Below, in pieces: positions 51,539 through 62,600 of a stretch of 64,000 nucleotides of DNA. The stretch covers positions 97,782 through 161,781 of the forward strand of contig CBFFRP010000216.1 in assembly GCA_965644295.1 (NCBI GenBank). The letters run 5' to 3'. Position numbers and translations under genes: made by a program. Source of the DNA: Paraphysomonas bandaiensis. Lineage: Eukaryota; Protista; Chrysophyceae. Position 1 is the stretch's first letter; every line of letters begins with the position of its first letter. Below the pieces are notes generated by a model. It was given only the letters and a program-made list of their open reading frames with translations, was not told the DNA's origin and searched no databases.

Positions 51539-53410
51539 ATGATTATATCTGTTGCTTCAATAGGTAACTACTTATTAGCAGTGTGTTTGGACTGGAGAGC
51601 GCTGGTAGTGATTGGCGTCGGTGCCGCTGCTATATACATATACTACCCCGTCAAAGCTCTGCCATCTTCATTGAAAGTTACGAAAAAAGATACTGGAATA
51701 GGAAATAAAGATGCTCTTATCGAAACGAAACAGCCAGAGCCCTCTCCTGAGGGTGCTCAGGACGGTAATGTGGAGTCGTCGGATGAACAGAAGAAGTTAC
51801 CTGAGGAGAGCGCAGACAGCACAGCCAGTGTAATTGTTTTTCCTGACTGGGCGAAATTTTCTGAAATTGATGTATTGGCGTTGATACCATCATCAGTAAT
51901 GGATGATAAACTTAAAAAAGCACTTAGAGATGTGTCCCAACTGGGGTATTCCATTGTTGAAAAATTGGATAGCGTTGGTTTCAACCCCACTCATCCATTT
52001 TTAGTGAACATGGCGTTGCTGCGTCTCTATACCCTAGCTATGCGAAAGACTCCGAATTTACTATCAAATAATGAACTATTCGAGTGTGAATCAGATGATC
52101 ATTTTTTCGCTCACAGCATACACTACTTGCGATATTCTGATTACGCCTACAATACAAGTCCTATGATTGCGAACAGAGATATTATAATTAGTGAGCTTCG
52201 TGAGAGTAATTCATGCAGTGTGCATATGCCTCGGCATGTTATGTTCTTGGATCACGTGACGCGGTCTATTGTGGTTGCCATACGCGGTACTGCCTCCCTA
52301 TCGGACATGCTCACGGACCTATTTATCGACACTATACCATTTCCTGTCGGAGACAACGAAGGAGACGATGAAGAGCCTAAGCTACATGCTCATCGCGGTA
52401 TTGCACTTGCTGCTCAAATGCTGCTAGAGCCTGTTAAAAGGGCTGTGGAAGAAACACGAGCCCGGAGTAGTGGCAAGTATAAAGACTACCGATTGGTTGT
52501 TACCGGTCACTCCTTGGGCGCTGGCACAGCAAGCCTTCTAGGATTACTTCTATCTACTATTGGCATTGCCAGTGATGTATATGCATACGCCTCTCCCCCT
52601 ATAATTAGTTTTTTTGAAGACGATCCCAAGACTGAGTTGGACTTCTCTAAGTGTAGAATTCATAACTTCGTGCTCAATGAAGATTTAATTCCTAGGTGCT
52701 CACGCCATGAATTGTTGCGTATGTTAGCTATTATCGCCGCTATCGACAAGCTACCCTGGACTGCAACACGCCGAACAGAGTTAATTTTCAAGGGGGAGCT
52801 GAGTGACGAGGATCTTGAAAGCATACGTCATGCGAGCCAGGAAGATGAAATGCCCTTCATTACCAACGATGATGTCGAGCTTTACTTGCCTGGAACAGTA
52901 TACATGCTGTACCCACACTACTGCACGCGAGATGGGTCTCAATCTCTGAAATGTGCCGACAACAAAGATAATAATTCCTCTGGCGACAAATCGACTGAAA
53001 ATATGTCTTCTGGTAAAGGTAACGGTGATAAAGATTTGGACAGAGAAAGCAAAGGCAAAACTCCTTCTGCTAAAAGCGATGGCAAGGTTAATGACATCCT
53101 CTCTGTCTCTCGAGCCACCGAAATAGCATCAGATATTGCATCAACCAAGAAGTTATCTGTCAGAAATTCCCCTGCGGACACATCAGATGCAGTATCGGAT
53201 ATTTCCAATCCAACTCCTGCAGACCAGACGACGACTGATACCTCAGTTGATGGGACAAAAGGTAATGTAATAGAGTCATCTCAACAGTATAAGATGTACA
53301 AACTATCCGAGTCTGCCAAATTATTTAGTGGGTCACTGATAACGGGTGATCGAATGCTTACTGATCATCGTACTTCATCCTATATTGAGGGGTTTGTGAG
53401 CATGATATAA
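51539..53410 (+). CDS. Class 3 lipase (DAG-lipase-like) with N-terminal TM segment
   Basis: IVVAIRGTASLSD, AHRG, VTGHSLGAG, EDLIPR and terminal DH motif; intronless 623 aa. Confidence 0.9.
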   Translation: MIISVASIGNYLLAVCLDWRALVVIGVGAAAIYIYYPVKALPSSLKVTKKDTGIGNKDALIETKQPEPSPEGAQDGNVESSDEQKKLPEESADSTASVIVFPDWAKFSEIDVLALIPSSVMDDKLKKALRDVSQLGYSIVEKLDSVGFNPTHPFLVNMALLRLYTLAMRKTPNLLSNNELFECESDDHFFAHSIHYLRYSDYAYNTSPMIANRDIIISELRESNSCSVHMPRHVMFLDHVTRSIVVAIRGTASLSDMLTDLFIDTIPFPVGDNEGDDEEPKLHAHRGIALAAQMLLEPVKRAVEETRARSSGKYKDYRLVVTGHSLGAGTASLLGLLLSTIGIASDVYAYASPPIISFFEDDPKTELDFSKCRIHNFVLNEDLIPRCSRHELLRMLAIIAAIDKLPWTATRRTELIFKGELSDEDLESIRHASQEDEMPFITNDDVELYLPGTVYMLYPHYCTRDGSQSLKCADNKDNNSSGDKSTENMSSGKGNGDKDLDRESKGKTPSAKSDGKVNDILSVSRATEIASDIASTKKLSVRNSPADTSDAVSDISNPTPADQTTTDTSVDGTKGNVIESSQQYKMYKLSESAKLFSGSLITGDRMLTDHRTSSYIEGFVSMI

Positions 53411-53721
53411 TAGGTTATATTCGTTCATTTTTTAGCTTTATTTGCGTTTTATCTTTGAATTGGTAATTGTTTCTGTATCAACTAAGTATTGTCATATGTC
53501 TTATTTGTGTAATAAGATACGCAGCACCAATATATCGTTGATGTGAAATAAGCACTGAATTGGTTAGTAACTAATTATATTCTCCTATGCGGAGTGGCCG
53601 AGTAAAGTTAATATAAAACCGACATTGAGACACCTAAAACACGATTAATGATGAGGCCCCAAGAGTTTTCCTCTATTCCTCTATGATTCTCTCACTTCAA
53701 ATAACACCCGTACACCGTACA

Positions 53722-54700
53722 CAGGGCTATAGCTACAACAAAATTATAGACCTTCGAAATTAATAGCCATCGTCCTGAATGGCTATTAAAAGCGTAGGAA
53801 GGTTGGCCTTTGGCCTCTCATTACAAATTTCTTCCTTTGTACGGTCGATTACGTTTCTTTCCTCTCGACCTTAAGCTACAAGACTAAGCTCAGCTCGATC
53901 CATTGCGTATATGTATTGCTCACTGCCCTTCTAGTTTTAAGATATCTAAAATTAGTTTGGCAATCATATTCTTAATTCTTACCAATCTGGGCAGGTGCAA
54001 TTTTGGCGACGAGGTAAACAAATTAATCCCAAATGAATTGACACATGTTAAGTTAGACCGCTTGACAGCGGAGTTTAGAGAATTCGAAAACATTTCTATG
54101 ATTCTCCAAAAATATAGCGCCGAACAGGCCGATTTTAGTATTGCGCGTTTTTTATTCAAAATTCCCTAGTACTAGCCACCACCTTGGTGCGGATCCGGAC
54201 ATAACTATGAATCATACCTTCGAAAAGGCTATTGTGAAAGAGCTAATTGGAGGATAATCTCACTCGACCAGAGAAGGTGTACCTCAAACGTTTTCTGCTG
54301 GACAGAACTGATGAAGAAGATAATGGCTTCGACTCACTGACGAGAAGACACCAAGAACAAAAGCGATTACGCACGACCAAGCCAACTAAGTAAAGCTGCT
54401 TGAAGTTAATTTACTCCACAACTAATTGCGCAGAAAGGATTTTCAGTAGAGCAAATATCAACATGAGTAATCTGCGCTAATCCATGGCACCTCATCGATT
54501 GGAGGCCCTTAAGTTATTGCTCTTTAATAGACTTCTTTGGAATGGAAGTACAGTTGAAGATGCTATACGTGCTTGTAACGAGCAGCTAATTTAATTAGAC
54601 AATAAGTGGCTATTAAATTATGCAATTACTCACAACAATTGTAATTTAATTTGTCAAAAACTTTTGCAATTTAATTGCAATCAATTCTTACGCAGCCCTG
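53722..54700 (+). mobile_element. Degenerate hAT element with transposase remnant
   Basis: Right TIR ...TTACGCAGCCCTG at 54700 (same family as the MITE) and CAGGGCT at 53722. Frameshifted LTAEFREFENISMILQ...ARFLF / LGADPDI..FEKAIVK..LTRPEKVYLKRF. No matching TSD, so the left boundary is uncertain. Confidence 0.55.
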
Positions 54701-55888
54701 CTTAGTAAAGTACAAATTGCAGGCAGGGCTAGGCAGAGTGTATTAATATATTGAATATTGTTCTCTAACCCTGATTGTATATAAATTTTAGAAAAAAAGA
54801 TATATTCTACACTTAAGGGTAATTTTTTTATATTATACCAAAGTATAGTTTATGATTGTGTAGTGCATAGTACTTTACTTTCGTACATGGTGAGCTTTGA
54901 TTACTTATAAGCAACTAAAATAGTACAGGGAGTTATGTTAGAAAAACTGACCCTCAACAAAGTCGGACTCGTATTTCATGGTGTCCCGGGGGATATGTAC
55001 CGGAGATATTTCTCCGGGAAACTATCGTGAGCGGCATGCATAGTCAGCTGATAACTTTCTGCCCACTCAGAATAACCAAATGCTTGTGTGTGGTACAGGG
55101 GACACTAATATGTTAAACGCTTATTGCTAATAATTTGACTATCATTACAAGAGGAACTGAAATACTTTGGCTGCATTGGATCGTGCCAACTTAAGATCTG
55201 AGAATATTAATTGGTAACAGAGAGAATATAAATGTAGCTTAGTACTAGCACATTCGGAAAGTTATTCAAAACGCCAGCTAGTTAATTGAAGGGAATTTTT
55301 TGACGCTTGAATAATAATTGCAATTGGTGGATACCCCTCATCAATTAATTGCCGCATAATTGTAACGAAGCCTGGAACTGTAGATCTGTGGATAATATGT
55401 AGAGGTTACAGATTGCTCCCAAATCCCAAACTCCATCAGAAACACATTAAATCACTTGGTTTGAATGGAAACTCACAGTTAGCATTTGTATACCTAACCT
55501 TGTATAGTTTTTTCAACATCACCACTAATATCATTCAATATCAATTGATATTAGCATGCATCTATCTCACAATTATCATAAATACACGCACAACTTTATA
55601 CCATTCTTCACAGTTTTTCTCGCCCTTTCTTTGTTGAAGCTGGAACGATACGATATAATATAACTAGCAAAGAGCTAACTATTTCCTGATATCGCCTCTC
55701 TAGTATGTGCAAAAGTTACTGATCACACTACTGCTGATCGTCAACTATGAGACATAAGGTCAAATTAAATACATATATTTATTAAAAAATGACATTAAGA
55801 TGGAGAATTGGTTATCAATATACAAGGGTTGGTGACATTTCCCCATTGATAGCAAGCTAGTCTTCACTTCTAAAGAGGGATGATTGTA

Positions 55889-56365
55889 TCACGAAACAAG
55901 TGCCAAGCTGGTGCTATCTGGAACGTCACGCTGAAGCATATCTGTGCTGCGCGGTGGAGTAAAAGATATAAGTTCAATTTCATAAGTCAGTGTTGCTAGG
56001 GGAGGAATAATAGGCGGATATCCTCTCTCTCCATATGCCATATCAGGTGGAATGTCTACACGGCCCTTTTGGCCTCTACTCATACGAAGCAAAACATGAT
56101 CCCACCCTGGTATAACTTGATCAAATCCAATTATTACACATATCGGTCGATCCCGGCGGTACGAACTGTCAAACTCCTTTCCATCGGACAAGAATCCCGT
56201 ATAATGAACCAGACATGAATCACCCTTCTTAGGAAAATGAATTGCATCACCTGGTCTCAATGTCACAATTGGCATCGGGTCATTGATATCAGATATAGCA
56301 GACTTGCGACTTTGCGCTGATGCTCCACGGCTGCGGCTCTTATGACTAATCGGACGACTATTCAT
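55889..56365 (-). CDS. FKBP-type peptidyl-prolyl isomerase
   Basis: VHYTGFLSDGKEFDSS...VIPGWD...AYGERGYPPIIPPLATLTYEIEL. Confidence 0.95.
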   Translation of the reverse strand: MNSRPISHKSRSRGASAQSRKSAISDINDPMPIVTLRPGDAIHFPKKGDSCLVHYTGFLSDGKEFDSSYRRDRPICVIIGFDQVIPGWDHVLLRMSRGQKGRVDIPPDMAYGERGYPPIIPPLATLTYEIELISFTPPRSTDMLQRDVPDSTSLALVS

Positions 56366-56870
56366 TACAGTCTGTTGGTGCAATGAAACAACTTTGCAGC
56401 AGAATATCTGTACTTGACACACAGCGTGTTGATGAAATCAAATGGCAGGTACCCCACGACAAACAGATGAAGTGAAAATGCGCGCTTGTGTTACCAAAAC
56501 GATAGAAAGCAAGCTGTTCTATTGCTTCCAAATGCTGATGCATTAAAACAACATATACATACATATACAACAACATCATCCAGGTAACGATTCAACTGAT
56601 GTGCTGCTGGTGATGATTATATATATATATCATTCCACGGTGTATTCTGCTGTATACCATATACTACTGAAGGTGTAGTGTAGCTCTGCCTGCTGCTGGT
56701 GCAGTAGTTCATCATGCTCTGCACTTGATTTTTTTCTTGGGGTTTATTCATAGGAGGAGTTGACAGCAACAATCACTGTGCTGTGTATATCTGCATAGAG
56801 TGTTCATAGTGAGGCCTGACGCTATAGATAACCCTGATTATTCAACTTGTTATTGTTTAGAGTATTAACA

Positions 56871-57281
56871 ATGTCTAATGAAACGAAAGATGCGAAAGGA
56901 GACAGTGGTTCAGGTCCGTCAGAGTCCAGCGTACCGCCTCCCCGATTTGAGATCAAAAAGTGGAATGCGGTCGCGATGTGGTCTTGGGATATATGTGCCG
57001 ACACTTGTGCTATATGTAGAAATTCCCTCAACGAACCCTCCATTGAATATCAGGTTATTTGGTTTAATGCACTCCTTTGTCTTTGATATTGAATACAGGC
57101 GAACCCTTCTCCCAACAATGAGAACGGCTTAAGCATTGCATTCGGCTCATGTGGTCATGTATTTCATTTAGATTGCATACAACGTTGGCTGAAAACAAGA
57201 AGCGTGTGCCCTTTGTGCAACACAGAATGGGAGTTCGCGAAAATTGAGAAAATACCCGGTTATGGTACGATTGGAGCGTAG
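56871..57281 (+). CDS. RBX1: RING-box protein RBX1/ROC1, 2 exons (intron ~57054-57098)
   Basis: [27 protein letters not shown]...|...[26 protein letters not shown]. Confidence 0.95.
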
Positions 57282-57922
57282 ATATGGTGTATTATGTCAA
57301 TAGAGTGATATTAACAAGTGCATAACTAGTCTAGTGTGGCATGTTATTATGCCTGAGTAATTTTATGGTGTTGTTTCATTAATAACCACTTGAATCAACA
57401 CTAGGATGAGGATATGTGACAACAGATATACAGTTAACATCGAAGTGTTCAAAATATGAAACCTTGCTAGCTAGGATATAAATCGAAGCCAATGCGGGTA
57501 TATACAAGATATCATAAAAAGTTTCGCAGTAAGCCTGAGTAGTATCCAAGTTATTAACATATATGATGATACTATCCCTAGTAATAATCAATTTCCTCAA
57601 TGCACTTTGCACTTCTGTTTGTTGGAATACGTATGGTTCTCTAAGATAGTACTGTAGAATACGTTAAATACAATGTGAAAAACAGTAATACGTAGTCAAT
57701 AGTCAAAGGTGCTATATAGCTATAACTGTGAAACTGAAGTATTATATCATGACGATTCAAGATACGGAAGTTGAGCAGTGGTTGACATGAACGAAATAAT
57801 TTATCATGTTGTTGACATGTGTTACATGACAACACACACAATTGTGTATACAATCATAATAAAGTAATCTATCTAGTTTGACTAACTTAAACTTCTCTTA
57901 CAACGATCTTAATCATCTGAAA

Positions 57923-59635
57923 ATGGTCATTAGTCAATATGGTAGCGAATGCGGAGGAGAGAAGGAGGATAGAGCTGATGTTCCATGGTTCGACGAGAGC
58001 AACGTTGAACAATGGATCGAAGACTTTGAGACGTTCCTTATGAGAAAGGAGCAGAGTGAGGTGGCTCTAGAAAGGCCACCAGAGGAAGAGGATTTCGGAA
58101 TTCAACCCCTGAATAGTCTTGAGACCAAGTCCTACAAAGAAGCGGTGGACAAGTATTGGAAGGCGAATGCAATTGCTTACTCATACTGCAGAGAGGCGGT
58201 GAAGCGATCTCCGAAGGCGCTGCAGAAGTTTCATCTGAAGCACAAGGAGTTCAAGGCAGCTGAAGGAAGAGTTAATAAGTTCAGCGCCAGAGAGATGGTT
58301 AGCACTCTTAAATCGTGTTTTGAAGGGGGAACACAAAACAAGATTAGTGCTCTGCTTGCTCAGTTTGGATCATTCGAGATGAAGCCAGGGGAGACCGCGA
58401 AAGAGTATGTACTGCGTTTTGAGCTGCTTCTTCGTGAACTTCAGGCGCATAACCAAACGGTAACGGAAGAATCAAAAATTAGTAGGCTGAAGGAGGGAAT
58501 TATCAGTGATGAATATGACGGTTTGAATTATGCCCTGTATTTAATGCCCGATGATGTACCATATGAATTGCTATCCAAACGTATCGAACAGTTCGACGAC
58601 ACCAAGTATGGGAGGAAAATCATAGAGAAGAAGCGCAAGAGCACGGAGGAGCTGAATCATATTGAAAAGCCTCGAAAGAAAGAGAGAGTATCTACAAAGA
58701 GGAAGTGCACTTATTGCTCGAAGAAAGGTATAATACACAATCATAATACAGAACAATGTAGGAAGAAAAAGGGGGAAACGAAGGGACAAAGACCGGGCAG
58801 TAAGGAATATACAGGATGCAGAGTATGCAAATCCAAAAACCATCGCGCGAACGAATGTCCCCGAAATTCGACTGGAAAGACCAAGAAACCCCAGAAATCT
58901 GGGAAGGTTTTCACATTCGAGAATATCCGCAGAGGAGGAACCGAGTCTGACTCGGAGTCCGAAGCGAATATGCTTTATGACTGTGCTGTTGATATATATG
59001 ATAAAAGTGACACATGTTGTATGATTGGTACTGCTGAACACTATATACATACATAGATACATGCTGTTCATCATCAATGTTCTTAATGAATGATGTGACC
59101 ATGCTTGACACTCATATGAATACATCAAAGGTGATAAACGGATCTAAGAAGGGATCAGAGATTCATATCACAAGTGTGGGTTCCCGTGGAGCATGGAGAG
59201 ACATAGAAATTTCAGATCAGATCAATCGATGCCTGTGCTCCGGACGTAAGCTGAACGAAATGGGCTATCGATTCACGGTGTGGTATGGGATCCAAATTTA
59301 TGACTGTAATACCGGTGAGCTGGTACTGGAGGGACCCATGAAGAATGGAATGACTGCAGTTCCAACTCAGCAGCTGTTGGAGCTTCCAGATGTGTCTACA
59401 CCGAGTAATTGTGAAGTAAATCTTAGCGATAGGACTGGTGAGGACGAGCTGGAACTGCTGCATAGGAGAATGGGCCATTTCAACAAAGGGGCTCTAACGG
59501 AGGCACATAGAAGGATGTTGTTCACTGGCTCAAATCTGCAGAGGAAGCACCTATCGAAGACTGCATTAAAAAAATCTTGTCTCTGTAGCATATGTGCCAG
59601 ATCAAAGATTACGAGAGTTTCGTTTCACACAAAGG
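57923..59635 (+). CDS. copia gag-pol (partial); frameshift at ~59041-59056, truncated by the nested insertion
   Basis: Gag is open from ATG 57923 to TAG 59056. Pol (TYIDTCCSSSMF...) is in the -1 frame, with the shift at a TATATA/CATA microrepeat. Confidence 0.85.
57940..57948 (+). promoter_or_regulatory. Primer-binding site, probably for tRNA-iMet
   Basis: TGGTAGCG directly abuts the LTR end and matches the first 8 nt of the yeast Ty1 PBS (TGGTAGCGCC). Confidence 0.75.
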
Positions 59636-62600
59636 TGTAGTTGTTCTTAAGAACAACGTATGCTCAAGCAAAAACAACACTGATCTATAACGTTTTAAAA
59701 AGATTTTAAGTGCACGCCAGCGGGCTGCTACACTGTTAAGCTCACCAGCGGGTGATGCTCCTCAACTCAGACGCAAACCGCGAAAGAATTTAAATAAATC
59801 GTTATTTAAAACGTGTAATAGAAAAGTGAGTAACATGCTATACAACTCTACAGTAACACACACACACATACAACATCATGTTCAGCATTTCACTCCAGCA
59901 CACAACACACCAGATCAGAAGTATTTTATCCGGTACGTATGTACAGCTTCAACACTCCGTGTATACACTGAAAGAGTAGAAACTGAATATGTAACTGAAA
60001 ACTGAAAATACAAAAACACTCTGTACGTGTTAGAGAGTACAACAGAAGAGTAACATATAATACTACTACCAACGCAGAAAATAACCAGTACTGCGTTACA
60101 CTACCCTCTTTCCCCCCAGCTGGAGAAATTAGATTGTGAATACAGACTGTGATTCATGTATGCAAATACTTAAATCAGCCATACTAGATAGCGTCATTCT
60201 AAGTATAAACAAACAAAATCAGATTTAAACAGATATTGAGAATAAACTAGATAGACAAGGTAGTATGATATAATAGAAATAAAAGAATATTGCAAATATT
60301 ATCATATAATATAAAAGAAGAATAAAACCTGTTTACAAGAGTATATCAGGAAAACTCTTGCAAAACTCCGCATCGACAAGCACCTGAACTCCATCAATCT
60401 GCTGTTTCCGCATTCGTAGTCGTTGTTCTTTAGCAAGAAAAACTTAACATGGCAGTAACAACATCCTCGTATCGATAACAGATTTCACTCATTTAAATAG
60501 CACACCGCAGTAAAAGTAGACGATACTGAATTCTCAAATACGGTATAAGATATATGGCTTAGCCTTTGCCTTATTGTATCCAATAACCAAATGAGAAATT
60601 CGTAGAAGAATTGGTCATTTAAGTAACACTTTCCCACATTTCAATAAAATTAGAGACATGCATCCGATCATCATAAACTTCACGCAATACCAACTTTAAG
60701 AAATGCGCTTCAACTACTCGTATACTCGCTCAATTCACACAATGTTTTTTGACACAATCGAATATCCACGTTGAAATAGTAATGAGAAAAGAACACACTA
60801 GTATTCATCGAGATATAAGAAATTTACCATCAACAACGCATTGAGATACTCTGAGTCATAACAATAATATCACCAGGAAAATATACTTCACCATGATAAA
60901 TTGTCCATCAATCAATTACAGAGTAAACTTTAGAAGTACAAAAAGTAACTCCGTTAAGAACTCATTGCAACAACATATCAATTTCATGAGAAAGAATCAA
61001 GTCAAAAGACAGACTCCCTTATGAAATATATAAATACTCCCCACTTTGTAAAAAGTAAAACCAAAGAGACACTTCCATCAACTTATTGACCATCGTAACG
61101 ACATTTCAGACATCTTATTCACACTAACCAGAACCAGATTTTAGAAATGAATAACATTTGGGTAACATAAGACAATCAAATATAATTTGTTTCACCTTGG
61201 CAACTCAACTAGTTAATCTTCATGTATATGGAAATTTTTCCCATTGGAATGCAAATAACTTGAGAATAACTTAGACAACATGGAATATCTAAGTTGAAAG
61301 TTCAAAATTTCCAAGATACAGATCAAAAAATTGTAAACCAGAACACAATTACGTAACCAGGAATACAAGTATAAAGTGAGTCAAAGGAACAATAACCTTA
61401 GAAAGAATCTGGACAAATATCCACCGAATACTCGTAACAACGAACGTAATTGAACAATAATACAGTCAAGTTTTAACCTTGTTGTAACCAGACAACATAT
61501 GTCACAGCAACGCTATAGAACTCTCATTTCACTCATCGTAAAAATTGAACCGAGTTCACAAGGTATTTGTTGATAACTCTCTTATTCCGAATCCAAATCC
61601 ATAATATCAACAACTAGAACTGCACAAACTCCATAACACATACTTAAAATTCAGCTTCCTGAATTTAATATGAACTCCTCAACTTTCGGAAATTCAACTC
61701 AAACTTTAACTCTGACAACATTCTGACACCAAACCTTCACAAGTTGAAAGTAAACTCAAAATGCTCTCAAAACATTACAAAAGTAAGTTCGCTCAAACAA
61801 CACCATAATATGTTGATTCAGGCACTTGGACTCAACATTGTTGACACATTTGTAACTTTGAATGTAAAACTGTGTATCAAGATCAGCAATCACTCCTCAC
61901 TAAAGAAAAAAGCACCAATAATACTTTTCCTCTTCATAATCACACGCTTCCTTAATTCCATAATATAAAACCTCAAACCTCTCAAATATTCTTAAAGAAT
62001 AATTGCACCATACGATTGCCTCAAATTTCTTGTATCACCAATGGAATAAGACACACATAACTGAAACTTTTAAGTGTCATATAACCTTATTTGTACAACA
62101 AGATACAAAAGAAATCAACCATCATCATCATACCAATTTCTGTCTCGGTCTAGAAAACTCAACTTTGACAAATCATGAATTCGTATGATAAAATCAATCC
62201 ATCCTCACCGTTTATTAGAACGAAAACATTTGATTCCACTGTATAGATTTAACCCATACATTACCAGGATATTTCGATCTCAATATCAATGAATAATCAT
62301 CAACACCATAAACCAAAACTTATAGCAAGAATCATTTAATCGTTCACATAATCACTGATGAAATAAGCTCTGACAAGAATAATAGTATAATCTGAAAGTT
62401 TATGAAAACATTCGATATAACACTCCATAATTGCAACTTGATATCCATCTCAGGAAAACTCTTGTCAAACTTAATCCTAATTTGATCATTGTAAATATCA
62501 CCAAACCAATCACTAACCACCCATGGAATTCAAACACGTCACTACATAGAACAACTTTTAACCCACGTAAGCATTTTCTGAACGCTGCTACTCGTAATAC

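Larger units (their letters stand above)
57620..59635 (+). mobile_element. Ty1/copia family B, 5' part: LTR (57620-57939), PBS, gag, protease, pre-integrase; interrupted at 59636
   Basis: LTR homologous to the solo at 23578-24141. PBS TGGTAGCG at 57940. Gag with two CCHC knuckles, protease-like YIDTCCS, and LLHRRMGH...CSIC integrase zinc finger. Confidence 0.93.

Noticed and set aside
53589-53660. tRNA-like start GCGGAGTGGCCGAGT
   Set aside because: No B-box/TPsiC arm or acceptor-stem pairing.
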